Shown here: piece after piece, positions 21,738 through 33,358 of the stretch
Position numbering within the stretch: the first letter of the stretch is position 1
Layout: every line of letters starts with the position of its first letter
Source: Corallochytrium limacisporum Hawaii
Lineage: Eukaryota > Protista > Pluriformea
Assembly (NCBI GenBank): GCA_002811645.1
Contig: PDIP01000021.1
Span: forward strand, 232,040 to 296,039
Direction: 5' to 3'
DNA length: 64,000 nt
Position numbers and translations under genes: made by a program
The notes under the pieces: generated by a model
Told to the model about the DNA's origin: nothing
The model's input: only the letters and a program-made list of their open reading frames with translations
Database searches by the model: none

Positions 21738-22727
21738 CTACAGATAAGGGACTTCAACCTTGAGGGTGTGACGCTTCCGAATGTACGTCGCGTTAATTTC
21801 GTCCTCATTCGGCACCTTCGCCAGAGTGCATGTTGCTTTTCGCAATGGCTCGCTTACACCGTAGTAGAGGACGAGTAGCTGTCCACAACATTCCAAATTA
21901 CATAGGTTAGCATCGACCGGCCCTGCAAACTTGAACTTGACCAAAGCAGACGCAGTCCCTTCAGTGATTTCAATGTCCACACGGTTAGGGTCCTTATTTT
22001 CCATGTCTAAAATAAGAGGCTTTGTCTTCTGTGCTTCTGACACTCCTGTATCGCTAGTCTTATGGCGGAGCAAGTCTGAAGGACTCTTAAATTTGTTTTC
22101 CAATGCATCAGTCTCCGAGATGTCTGGCCGAGTCTTGATCTCCATGTCTTCAGGGTTTGCTTCGCTGATTTCCTGTGCCTGTTTCTCGAGCTCGTCAAAG
22201 ACCCGCATGGGATCATCCCGTTTTAATGTGTCCGGAAAGAAGACCCAGAGGTGCTCTTCGTCCCCCTGGAATTTCTTTCCCACCTTCCGCCGAGAGATGG
22301 TTTCTTTTTCAAAGTACGTGCGCTTAACGCAGTCAATGGCTAGATCAGATAAATCTTCCATGAAGCCAGGCTCTGTTTCGGCCTGTTTCGCTACGTCGGG
22401 ATGAACACATACCTCGACCTGAACTGTGTCATTATCCAGCCGAAGTTTCTCTCCGATAGCAATTGGAATGGACACGGAATCACTCTCAGGAGGTTTCTGT
22501 ATGCGAACTGACTTGCAGACATTAATGTATAGATTCTTTACCGTACCACACGAGCACTCCAGACTGAATACAGGCTGAGGAGGTGAGCGCAATTCGAGCT
22601 GCCTCTTGTAGTCTGCCTTTTGCTTCGCCTGGAAAGCACGGTATGCTGCAGGATCCCGCTCTGCTAAACCATCGAGAAACTTCCACAATGCTTGCGCATC
22701 CGCAGAGGACAAGTCCGGCATTTGCAT
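21738..22727 (-). CDS. PIH1D2: PIH1 domain-containing protein, PIH1D2-like
   Basis: N-terminal LWKFLDGLAERDPAAYRAF resembles the PIH1D2 N-terminus; PIH core LYINVCKSVRI...IPIAIG...VCVHP; C-terminal CS-like domain INATYIRKRHTLKVEVP. Confidence 0.78.
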   Translation of the reverse strand: MQMPDLSSADAQALWKFLDGLAERDPAAYRAFQAKQKADYKRQLELRSPPQPVFSLECSCGTVKNLYINVCKSVRIQKPPESDSVSIPIAIGEKLRLDNDTVQVEVCVHPDVAKQAETEPGFMEDLSDLAIDCVKRTYFEKETISRRKVGKKFQGDEEHLWVFFPDTLKRDDPMRVFDELEKQAQEISEANPEDMEIKTRPDISETDALENKFKSPSDLLRHKTSDTGVSEAQKTKPLILDMENKDPNRVDIEITEGTASALVKFKFAGPVDANLCNLECCGQLLVLYYGVSEPLRKATCTLAKVPNEDEINATYIRKRHTLKVEVPYL

Positions 22728-23194
22728 ACTTGCTTGGACAGATACAGTTGACGACTACATTCTGTCAAACCCATTATTTTGTGTGGCTGCATTTCAACAT
22801 GTAGTTGTGACCAAATCATAAGTCTAAGTATTCTACGACCCTGAAGTACCTGACAACGCGTGTCGCAGAAACACCCAGGCGGCCGCTGGCCTAAGCTCCC
22901 CGGCAAGCGGGAGGGAGGGGCGGCGGGGACCCGGCGGGGGGGGGCTCCAGTTAGTAAGCCAAGCGGCGTGTTAGAGGCAGTGGAACGCTTGACAAATTGT
23001 GAGTATATTATGTATGGGAAAACAGGAAGGCTTCTATGGTAAGTTATTGATTGATGGAATATGTGAGGAATTCGGGAGGTCACGGGACCAGTTGGCAACG
23101 ACAGCCGGACAGCTCCTTCCAATCTGTTGCTGCTGCTGTTGTTGCTGCTTTAGCTGTCTAGGTTGAACGTTTTGATATGATATAGTGAGCATCT

Positions 23195-23950
23195 TTACTT
23201 CGCAAGCCAGGTCAGGCTATCGAGTACATCCTTACGGCGCTCACCGTAGTCGTAGAGCAGCTCCTCCCCGCGGCGGATATCGCGTTTGGCATGGAAGACC
23301 AACCGTGGAATGCCGCTATGCTCCACGCAGGATGTCCTTACATTGGCACCGGTGCGGCTGTGATTTATGAGACGGCCGATACGACCCTCCACAGTCGCAT
23401 CCACACACCAAGATTTACCATTGAAAGAGAAATAGTACATATAGCAGCCCTCAGGCATGATACCATATTCATCTTCACGCTTGAAAGCTTCCGAGCGCTT
23501 GATCAGGTCGCCCGAGTACTCACAAACGAATTCTCCCTTTTCAATGTCTCGAGAGGCACGCACGCCACGCCCCTTTTCGCCTGCGATGAACATTTCGATG
23601 ATACCTTCCGGGTCTATATCTGTCTCGAGTGTCTGCCGCAGGGCCGTCTGTTTCTTTTTCTTGTCCTGTAGATGGAGAGCGCGAGAAGAACGGCGCACTT
23701 TTATAGAATCGAGCAAAGAGGTTTGCTTCATGTTGGTGTCGATGGTCGCCAAAGGCTTCCGACCGCGTCCACCGCGGACGTCAAGGGCACCCAGCATACG
23801 TACCATGTCGTCAATTTCACTATCGGGATCTTCAGCAGAATTTGCAGCGGGGACCTCAACTGCCCGTGTGATGGCGATGCAAGTGTAAGCAACTGAATAG
23901 GACAGGGAATCTATTGAACTTCCGCTGGAGCTTTTTTGACTCAATGGCAT
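23195..23950 (-). CDS. KMT5A: Histone H4K20 monomethyltransferase SETD8/PR-Set7
   Basis: VRRSSR, KGRGV...GEFVCEYSGDLI, GCYMYYF...CVDAT...GRLINHS, GEELLYDYG and terminal WL; first ATG at 23950. Confidence 0.93.
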   Translation of the reverse strand: MPLSQKSSSGSSIDSLSYSVAYTCIAITRAVEVPAANSAEDPDSEIDDMVRMLGALDVRGGRGRKPLATIDTNMKQTSLLDSIKVRRSSRALHLQDKKKKQTALRQTLETDIDPEGIIEMFIAGEKGRGVRASRDIEKGEFVCEYSGDLIKRSEAFKREDEYGIMPEGCYMYYFSFNGKSWCVDATVEGRIGRLINHSRTGANVRTSCVEHSGIPRLVFHAKRDIRRGEELLYDYGERRKDVLDSLTWLAK

Positions 23951-24225
23951 AGTGAATGCAGGAAGAAGAACTGAACTACTGAATCGTTTGAACCATGTCT
24001 GATCACTTGATGGCACCCTCAACTAGCAGCCCTAGATCAGTCCAGCGCCAGCCTTTGCCAAGGCCACCTTCTGGCATGCGTTAGTCAGTGATGAGAGAGT
24101 TCTCTTCCATCCAGCGCCCCATCGCCGCACACACTGGGAGAACCCACTCAATGCCAACAACTGAGGACGATTGCTGTGTGTGGAGAAGAGCAACTCCTTT
24201 CCCTTCACGCTCCCACCAGTCCACT

Positions 24226-24455
24226 CGCGCAAAAATCCACAAGGCGAGTTTCAAAGTATTCGCGCGAAAACTCGAAGACCTTCTCTGATACTCAATGACC
24301 TGTACTTGCTGGCATCTCGATGGGGCACAGCGTGGAAATGTACGCAGATGAGAGAGGGGTGAGTAGAGTAGGGAACCCAAAGTTTTCGCACCCAGGGCTG
24401 GGTCATTTGCCCTCCTTCGCGCATAAACGGGAATTGGGACCACCTGGCCGCGAAA
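24226..24455 (-). promoter_or_regulatory. Cluster of E2F-type sites upstream of SETD8
   Basis: Minus strand TTTCGCGC (24262-24269, inside palindrome TTCGCGCGAA), TTTCGCGG (24448-24455), TTTTGCGCG (24226-24234). Confidence 0.4.
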
Positions 24456-24730
24456 ATGGGCCCCGCACTTGCGCAGAATAATTGATGTCTAGCCATTCCT
24501 TGAGTTCTAAAATGATCAATTTTGTTGCCAACGCAGACCCTGGAGAGGCACTCCTTGCGGCCAAACAGAGAGAGCGAACTTTTGGCAGTCAAACGTCGGC
24601 TAAGACCACAACGGATATCATGCCTCGTCAACTTATATGTTACACGCGATTTTTATTGAGGGCCATACTGTCTTCAATGTTAACGATTCGCAATAGCAGA
24701 TGATATGTTGTTTCCTGAATGGCTCGGTGT

Positions 24731-26209
24731 TTAGATTCCTGCAGAGTCGCTGGGAACGGAGCGGATAAGCTCCTGCACGAGTTTCACATGGCTATGGGCG
24801 GAGTTGAGGCTGCTAAGCACATCTTGGGTCTTGTGAGGATCCATAAACACCGGCCCAAAGACCATGGCTAGAGCAGAAGTCGTCATTTTGTTTGCTGTAC
24901 AGTGATTGCTAACAAACCGGAGGTGTTCCAGGACATACATCAAGGTACAGTAATTGCCCACAGGCAAGTCATTCATGGCCTTGTACAGTTTCTTATGGCG
25001 AGCATACTCGCTCGACTCTTCCATAGCCACCGCAAACTTCTCGAAATATTCCGTAGGGATGAGTTTGCCAGGTAACTCCCGAAGATAGCGCTTCAGTAGG
25101 CTTGCAACTGTGTGGATGTTGCCAATTTGGTCAATATAGGCCAAGGCACCTCGAATGTCAGTGTTCGCAAGATCCTTAACATGAACAATATCTTGCTCCA
25201 ACCCAGACATCCGATACAGGCCTTCCGCCCGATCCACAAATCCGTTTACCCTGGTTACACATGCCACAACAATTACTGGAACCCAATGGCTCGATGTGCG
25301 GAACGCAATTGAAATAGGCGCAGACCAAAGATTCTTCACAACTGTCCAATTAGGGCTGCAAATGGATGGACTGGAATCCTCACAAGTGGTGTGTACAATA
25401 GCGTTGCAGAGCGCGCACTTGCCAATCGTAGTCAATGGCCGAATAGCCTTCTTGCATGACGCACAAGTGTGTCCCGGCATCTTAAGTGTACTGTGCTCAA
25501 ACACATGCACAGTACTTTCCGGTAAGAATGCTGTGCAACTGACGGACTCCTTGCGCATGCTGCTGACAATCGAATCATGCGAAAACTTTCGTTCCATAGG
25601 GATCTGTGGCACTTGAATTCGAGTGGTATCCACCCGAGTGGCTTCAGGTAAATTAGACATACTGCTTGTGCGCCATCTCACAGAGGAACCGGAACTGTGT
25701 CTCGACATTCCAAAAGACCGCTTTGGGCTAACTTTTCCACCACTTCCTGCGGTGGCGGATGTCTTTGCATGCCCGTTCTCGGTCATCAACAGCGGGGATC
25801 TGTGGAACGTTGCCGGCCGCTTTCCCTTTCCCTGTGTCTCATTCACACCAAGTGCGTGCATGACAGTCTCTCGAATGGTAGAAAATTTCCCTTCACCGAC
25901 TGTGTACATGCCATCACCGTAGCTAATGAGATAGTGCCCGAATGTAGTCCCGAGCGATACATCTAGAACTTTGCTTGCCTTTGTAGTACTGTCTCGCACA
26001 AGGTATGCTCCAGCTCCATGGTTTGAGAGAATTTCTTCCGCCTCCGCCCGGCTTTTTGCCCCGTGATACACCAAATGATATTCCAGTGGCACTGATGTAT
26101 TTGGATTCATGCAAATTACTGGATAAGGCTTCAATCCTGAAAGTGGGTCAATGTTCGGAAACATTTCCGGCGACTCACTGCGCCGTGACGAATCCGCTGA
26201 GACCATCAT
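24731..26209 (-). CDS. Chimaerin-like protein (SH2-C1-RhoGAP)
   Basis: SH2 YHGAKSRAEAEEIL...GAYLVRDS...YTVGEGKFSTI; 50-aa C1 zinc finger HVF...CASC...CALC...HTTC...C; RhoGAP EGLYRMSG, VASLLKRYLRELP, NKMTTSALAMVFGP. Confidence 0.88.
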   Translation of the reverse strand: MMVSADSSRRSESPEMFPNIDPLSGLKPYPVICMNPNTSVPLEYHLVYHGAKSRAEAEEILSNHGAGAYLVRDSTTKASKVLDVSLGTTFGHYLISYGDGMYTVGEGKFSTIRETVMHALGVNETQGKGKRPATFHRSPLLMTENGHAKTSATAGSGGKVSPKRSFGMSRHSSGSSVRWRTSSMSNLPEATRVDTTRIQVPQIPMERKFSHDSIVSSMRKESVSCTAFLPESTVHVFEHSTLKMPGHTCASCKKAIRPLTTIGKCALCNAIVHTTCEDSSPSICSPNWTVVKNLWSAPISIAFRTSSHWVPVIVVACVTRVNGFVDRAEGLYRMSGLEQDIVHVKDLANTDIRGALAYIDQIGNIHTVASLLKRYLRELPGKLIPTEYFEKFAVAMEESSEYARHKKLYKAMNDLPVGNYCTLMYVLEHLRFVSNHCTANKMTTSALAMVFGPVFMDPHKTQDVLSSLNSAHSHVKLVQELIRSVPSDSAGI

Positions 26210-29200
26210 GCTCTGTGTTTCTGTTTCGTTCTTGCTGTCACGGCAACCACGCCCGATGTGGTTGCTTCACCTATCCAAAGGATGACATTTGGTTCTATCT
26301 TTCACGGTGGTGCTACGTCTTTTTCGCCACTGATCGTAGTTGCACTTAGAATTCTATGGATTATCCACTTGTGCTGCTTCTCAAACAGCTTACTCGTCTT
26401 TGGCACTAGTATAAACCTCCGCTAGTAAAATGCAGAGTCAAATTTTCGTCAGTTTGTCTTGTGCCGGTCAATCATAGCCCACGATGAAACGCAGCAGAGC
26501 TTCTGTGTCAAAAGAAAACGCAGTCAGGCTTAGACACCGCACCGCACATTTGCTGAGCAACGGTTAAGGAGTATGAATTATTGGCCAAAGCTGTGCAAAA
26601 TACGCGTTAGAATCCAAGGGACTGGGAGCTTCTCTACTTTGTTCCAATTTTCTGAGCTTTCCCTGTCCGTCTTGGTTGGGGGTATGACAGTATTGCTACA
26701 CTTCACACCTCTCCTTCTCTCCCCTCCAGCGAGAAGCATTGAATGAACAGGTAAAGAAACATTCCTCTTACTTTCTCCCTGCTTCTACTTCGCCGCCACT
26801 TTACAAACCCACACTCACCGTCCTCCTCTTGTTCCCGTCCCTCCCCCTTCCCCTCCCTTGCCCGTCCCACTCTCCTCCACTGTGACTTTTGTTCCATTTG
26901 TACCGTGTTTCTCCTTCCTTCCCACTTTTGGCCAAATGCCTGTCTGCAGGACAAGGCACAACTCAGCAGAAAACTTTCACAAACAAAATATACCGCACTA
27001 GCTCGTGTTTCTCTATCTGTTGGTATATTGCTTGCCGACAATATCTCTTTCCCTCTCCCTCTCCCTGACCTCTCTTCCCCCCCCCCCCACAAACCCCGCG
27101 GGGGAGGGCGGGCCCCCGGGAGGGGGTGTGTGAGGTTCGCAATGCTCGTCAGCAGCTGCAGCAACACTTCTAGCACCAACCCGTCTGGAAACCACCATAC
27201 CAAACTTTCCATCAATACGTTTTCTATGGAAATGGAAGCCTTTTCTGGTCAGCGACCTTAAGCAATCTCCGCGAGCTTGCCTCTTTGGTGTGTTGCGTGG
27301 ACCTTTCATCCAACCGGGGCCTATTTCCAATTTTCCTCTTTCTGTGGCCTCATCCGACGTTCGCAACGAAGCCATTAGCAGTTTTATTCATTTATCGAAC
27401 ATGGCGTTATCTACATGGACGCATACTCCCAACCCAATGCCCCTCCTCCGTCGTCTATGTTTGGGGTTATCGACGACGGTGGACTACGGCCCTAGTCTCC
27501 ACGTCCCCATCACACCGCCTCCCTTTTTTGGAGGGGGGAGAAGGTCCCTACTATTCCATAGGTAATCAATCAGCCCAATGGACCAATTCCGTTCCGTGAA
27601 CCCCGCACGATGTGCTGCCTTCCTGAATGGACTTTCGGGATCTGCGTCGTATCCTCTCCGTATACCTCAGACTTACGAAGTCCTACTTACTTTCGGTACT
27701 CAATTCATAGCATTGAAGTTTTTTGATACGCCATATGAGCCGTCCTCCGGCGTGCTTCATCAGCCGGTCTTCCGAAACTCCCTCGCGATTCTCGCCGGCT
27801 TCGAAGAGTGGCACAAACACCTACTCCCCGAAGACAAAAATTGTACAGCAGAGCACACAGCAGGGCCTGCAGGTTGTTCTCTCAGTGCTGAAGAACCCCC
27901 GTTCATCTTCGGCTGCCCGGTGTTTTTTTTTCCGGCGGGCTGTGGTAGTAAGTGACTGCCAACCCGATCTCCATTCCTCGTCTGTGTGTTCCGGTGGGAC
28001 CTGGAAGCGCTTTGACCGTGATCTAGCACACGACGGTTGCAGTTGGCCGTACGTTTTTCCCTTATCGGGCTAACGCATTGGTGCTGGTGGGCTCTCAATT
28101 TATTGCAGATGGAAGGGATCAGACGGGCACTGGGGAACCAAAAGGGTTGCTGGAGTTGTCGCTGCTGTGGTGATAGTACGCGTACAACTGAGTGACGAAG
28201 CAGTACCAGAGACGGAGGACGAAAGCGAAGGACAGACACAGGCCAATGCCCCCCACCCCACCCTGGATCAATAGCAAACATCGCTAGACCAGACGGAGAA
28301 TCACGGGTTCTTCACCTCTGGAGAGTACGATTTCCTCGCAGAAACGGTGGCCAAAAATGGGAAACGTGGGCTCAGCTTAGTGGGCAGGCTGGTGTCTTTT
28401 TCCCCCTGCTGGGTGAGAAGGGGGGGGGGGTGTTTCGTCGGTTCCGAACAGACAAAACTCATGCGGCGTCAGCGACAGTGGCACTGATAGTGTAGCCAAA
28501 GTATAGGGAGAAACATTATAGCGCACACCGTGCTCCTGCGAAGTAGGTGGGTCTTGTCTTCTGCCTGATTGCACCCGGTCAACCCGAACACCCAACCCTC
28601 CGTTTAGATACGATCTGGTACACATGCGCCTCGTTTTCTCACAAGGGCGGCGTTGGCAGCCAAGTATGGCATCGGATGAATCTGACACTACGGACACTGT
28701 TTGCTGTCCGTGGACGTCGCGGTCTGTATGAATCGCCTGTCAAATTCTGGCCATCAGCAGCATGCAGCTCTGGTGCCTTTACCGTAACCCGAGCAGCTGC
28801 ACGCTGATTGACAGTTTACTGAGGCAGCCGACGTTCGACAAACCCGCCATCATGAGCGCCTCCCAATTCAATGTTCGCAATCCGAGAAGGGTTGTTAACT
28901 TTGTCTCGTGTTCCATGCGTGGACGGACAGTGAGTTCGGTTCCAATACCTCCGCATCACATAAGCATAGTTGATACGATAACGACGCTTGTGCTCATGCA
29001 GGACCATTACTGAACTCGTCCAATTTCACTTGGGACAAAACAATAGCTTAATACCTATTGTCAACCAAGGAGGCGGTTAAACAAACGAACATGTAGTGCT
29101 GGTAGTTGAACAACTAGCCATGCAAAGAACAAAAAGCAGATAGGCATCACAATGCCGATGCAAATGGATGGCCCTTATTTCTCGGCGTCCGCCGCTAATG

Positions 29201-29613
29201 GAAACCTCAATGTGAGTGTCCCTAGTTGGTGTGACTAGAGGCTGTGGTCGCAACAGCGGTCTAGCGCAAAGAGTATAGGCTCCCTGAGAAATATAAGCAA
29301 TGATTGGAGTGCGCATGAGGCGAATGCTTCCATCTAATCTACGACCTGGACAGCGCAGATCCAAGGGAGTCCAAGACTGATGATGAAGACAGGAAATAGT
29401 CTTTATGGCTACACCGAAGCCGGGAGAAGCAGATGTACGAGTATCGTAATTTCTTGATTACTTCCATGGCTGCTGGTATATTCAGTATTGAAATACAAAT
29501 CATAGTTGGTCGTTGGGTAGAGAGAGAAGTATTGTCTTTCCTTTGCAGTGTGGCGATGGAGGGGTTGACCCCTTTTGGGCGGTTACCCCAAAAGGACAAT
29601 GGAGCGCTGGCGC

Positions 29614-29653
29614 GCCTTCTTGCCTTCTCGCTTTCTCGCCTTCTCGCCTTCAC
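29614..29653 (+). repeat. Tandem repeat, 5 x 8 bp (consensus GCCTTCTC)
   Basis: gccttctt gccttctc gctttctc gccttctc gccttcac. Confidence 0.9.
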
Positions 29654-31428
29654 GTCTCCTACACCCAGAAGGGACCCTATAGTGAGAGGCAAGAGTTGCC
29701 ATCAGTGTCCGATCGATGGGAGTGGCTGTCTGCCAGCCGTACAAGTTGGCACCTACCTCTGCCATAGCCATTCAATCTGCAGAGCTTGTAAACAACAAGT
29801 ACTGAAGAGCCCGTGTGGTCGCGTTGCTGGTCGCTGCTGCGGTCTAGCGGGAAGCGCGCCTTTGTTCTATGCGTCGTTGCCCAGCATCAACAATGACGAT
29901 CTCTGTGCACTTTGTTTCTTTTATAGGGATCCGACCATGGCTATACCTGCCGTTCCCAAATGTGTACTTTCGTCAATAGGCTTTTTAGGAGGTAGAGTCG
30001 TACTTGACAAGCAGGGCGGATTTTGAAGGTCGGTGGCAGCTGTACATTCGTGGGCGGTTTTGCAGGAGCCTCACGATACCTTGCCACTGTACACATGCCA
30101 AGCCTATTGTGGATCTTTGGTTGTGTTTGGATGATGTCTAGGCTGCCTATTGCAAACGAATCAGATCCTTTTCGCAGTACAACCAACTATCAAGAGCTTA
30201 AAACATATATCAAGATTCGAGACGGCAGCACTCAGCCAGCCAGTGTTGCACAATTTCATTTCACTCTCGCTGGGTATGATTGACGTACTCGGAGAACGAT
30301 GGAAGTCATTTAAACGCAGGTGATTCTATAGGAAGATTCGAAAGTCGACGACATCTAATCCTTCGTCTTGATGATTACACTTTGTGCAACTCAGCTTCCA
30401 CTTCTCTCAACGTCTACCTGCCAAACCGGACACTATGGTGTTGGAAACAAGAGACATTCACCGCGTCGATCCATTTTTGGGCTAGTCAACAGTGTTGCTG
30501 CCTGCTGCATGTTTAGAATCTCAATGTCCTGGAGTATGTCGGAAATAGTGTTGTTAAGTATTCGGCGGTAAACCCCAACGATGCACACGAGGGGAGTTCC
30601 ATCGAACAATATAAGCGGGGTATGAAGGCTAGGTGGGTTGCTCTCGGGCCAGGCCAGAAATGGTCACGCAAACACTACGTTCAGTTCGCACAAGTTCTCG
30701 GATTAGCAGGTGGTAGCATATTGAATACCAGCCCTCCTGCGTCATTGCGACCAGCTGGAGCATCACCGATCACAGGGGTACGATATGGGTGTGTGTTCAA
30801 ACATTTCCATGATGGCCATAGTTGATGACTTCTGGCTATCCAGAAATGCTTCGTAGTTCCCGTACACCACAAATGCACGGCAGCACAGTGAAATGTTCGG
30901 AAACTGCGGAGGACACGGTCTGCTCTCAGGTCCTCGCGATTACGTGTTTCCCTAGGGATGGCCGGTGATGTCGAAACCGCCGGAAACTTGCGATCAAGTT
31001 CTCACACGGCAGGGCTCACGGAGCCGCTCATTGCTGGACACTTTGTTGCTCCTGCGTAGTTAACATGGAGTGCCATGCACCTTACGCGTCCAGGAGATTA
31101 AAGCACCGGACGTGCAAGGGATGTCGCGCAGTCCAAGATCATGTCTCATACACCTTCGTATGGCCAAGTACCGTAGCCCCTGTTCGTTGAAGGTTCATAT
31201 TCCGCATCACAGGAATCAGAGAATACGAGGACCTCCCCAGCAATCAATCGATTTCCCTCTCCCTCTAGACGTCCGGTGGGACCGGGAGTCTCGCCGGGCT
31301 TTGCCGTGTGCGGTATCAGAGCAAGTGAGGCCTGGACTGGTATGTAGCGGGCTGTGGCAGCCCTTCTCTCAACATCGATTCCGTCTAATAAAGGGGACAA
31401 GGACATCAAAGTAAGAAAGAAGTAGATC

Positions 31429-31731
31429 ATGGCGGGCTTAGTAGCTTTGGTAGCCAGGGCAGTTCGACAGCCATACAATGTGCGCTGGTACACGACCGGG
31501 CCTGTCCAAGACCTTTCCAAAGTGTTACCATATCTTGGGTGCCCACTTTCCAAGGAACCATTGGAAATGCACCCAACTAAGTCAGAACTCGTTTGCAAGA
31601 AATTAGGAGTTGCCTATCCGATAACAGAGGGGAATATCCCAGATCTACGTCCACATTCTGGCAGGCTAATGAGCGACGAGGAGCGCCTCGAGGTCTTCGG
31701 ACCTGACGCTTTAGAGAAGGACGGCCGATAG
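31429..31731 (+). CDS. PYURF: Mitochondrial Trm112-like protein PreY/PYURF
   Basis: Presequence-like N-terminus then YLGCPLSKEPL...ELVCKKLGVAYPITEGNIPDL. Confidence 0.88.
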   Translation: MAGLVALVARAVRQPYNVRWYTTGPVQDLSKVLPYLGCPLSKEPLEMHPTKSELVCKKLGVAYPITEGNIPDLRPHSGRLMSDEERLEVFGPDALEKDGR

Positions 31732-31818
31732 CTTTGTAGCTTTTGTGGACTGAAGTAAACTGCTTAAAGAATGATAACAATACATACGTACATCTGTTTT
31801 GCTAATTGAAGTTTTTAA

Positions 31819-32730
31819 TTAGGACTGATATTCGTAGGTCTGGATCAATCGATCGTCGCCTACACTAACGAGTCTGTTTCCTGACTGATTGTAGGTCACG
31901 TCCCATACTTGATCTGTGTGACGGTCGAATGTAAAGAGGCACTCGCGCTTGCTCAAGTCCCAAATGCGAACCTTTTTATCGCTACTACCACTGGCCAAGT
32001 GCACAGAATTCGGACTGAATGCCGTACTAAGGACCCAGCTTGTGTGACCAGTCAGTCGACTGATCATATTGGCGTGCCTGCCGTCGTGTACCGTGATAGA
32101 GGAATCATCAGAACCGATCACGAGAAGGTGACTGTCCGGGGAAAATGACACAGTACGAACCGGCATGTGATGGGCTTCGATGCGATGCGCCAGTTTCCCT
32201 GTCGCGGCATCAAAGACAGCAACGGATCCGTCCGAACTTCCACAGGCAACAAGCGATCCATCTGGGCTCCATGCGACACAGAGACCGAACTGGGATCGGA
32301 CCGTGAAGGTCTCCTCACGCTTTCCGGAGTCCACCGAGAAAATGTTCACTGTCCCTGCATGCGAGCTTCCAGCAAGCTTGGTACCTTCGGGGTTGAAATC
32401 CAACGCATAGGTCTCACCGCCTTGGGTTTCGATGGTCTTGTGATGGGACATGTCCTCCAGATCCCATACCCGCAAGCTTGAGTCCAATGCATTGCTGGCA
32501 GCATATCTGCCAGTTTTCTCCACACACAGAGATAGGACACCGAGCCGGTGACCCTCGAATGAGTGTACTAGCGAGAGGTCCTTACCATTCCATACTCGTA
32601 CAATAGAGTCCAAGCCTGCCGTCAAAATCAGACCCGCATCGTCCTTGCCACCAGCAGATCCCCATGCAGAGCACCAGATTCCTTGCTCATGTGCATGTTG
32701 TTTAGAGTCACCTGACACATACGAGGACAT
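31819..32730 (-). CDS. WDR61: WD40 protein WDR61/Ski8 (SKI and PAF1 complexes)
   Basis: 303 aa; HAHEQGIWCSAW, GHRLGVLSL, HHMPVRTVSFSPDS, GHTSWVLS, HTDQVWDV, LVSVGDD. Confidence 0.92.
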   Translation of the reverse strand: MSSYVSGDSKQHAHEQGIWCSAWGSAGGKDDAGLILTAGLDSIVRVWNGKDLSLVHSFEGHRLGVLSLCVEKTGRYAASNALDSSLRVWDLEDMSHHKTIETQGGETYALDFNPEGTKLAGSSHAGTVNIFSVDSGKREETFTVRSQFGLCVAWSPDGSLVACGSSDGSVAVFDAATGKLAHRIEAHHMPVRTVSFSPDSHLLVIGSDDSSITVHDGRHANMISRLTGHTSWVLSTAFSPNSVHLASGSSDKKVRIWDLSKRECLFTFDRHTDQVWDVTYNQSGNRLVSVGDDRLIQTYEYQS

Positions 32731-33358
32731 ACTGTATAGTTCTCTCCCTGCGTGCTACACGACTGTGTTCCTTCCCTTCTATCGTCAACAACTCCAGCTA
32801 GAGCAGGACACGTCCACAGGTCCGGTAGACGGTCTATGCGATATCCATCATAGTTTCGACTACACAGGCTAATAGGCACTCCAGAAGGACCTGTGATAAT
32901 TACCATGACAAGACAAGTCCGTTACCCCCTACAGCAAGGACTCTGAACAATGTGCGAAAGCGTAAACAGAAATCCAGACTCCTCCCTCGCGACAGCCACT
33001 TCCCGCCCTCCCTTTCCTGGCACCCCACCTCTGCCGTAGGGTAGTCAGAAGTGGCACTGGTTCTTGTGTCCACCCTTTTTCACCTCCTCCCGGTGTTCAA
33101 CACACCACGCGTCCCCGTTCTCCCGTTGGGGTTCAACTTGCAGGCACCACACGCACGAGAAGGATGGAACAGCGGTCAAGCCTTTGCAGACCCGTGTGCT
33201 TCAGTTTGTGAATATGCTTTTCCTGATCACTAGGTACTTTGGTACCTTAAGAAATGGAGGCGTTTCAGCAAGATTTCGGTAAAGGTGGAAGCTCTACCAT
33301 ATGTAATTTGGTAGTGCGTTTTGGACGATGTGATCTGTTCTTGGCGACCACAGAAAAC

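Noticed and set aside
23124-23149. Short CTG/TTG repeat downstream of SETD8
   Set aside because: Imperfect 26-bp microsatellite with no further structure.
29433-30026. 197-aa Cys-rich ORF resembling a zinc finger
   Set aside because: Cys spacing fits no RING, PHD or C1 pattern I recognise, and it reads through an 8-bp tandem repeat; probably spurious.
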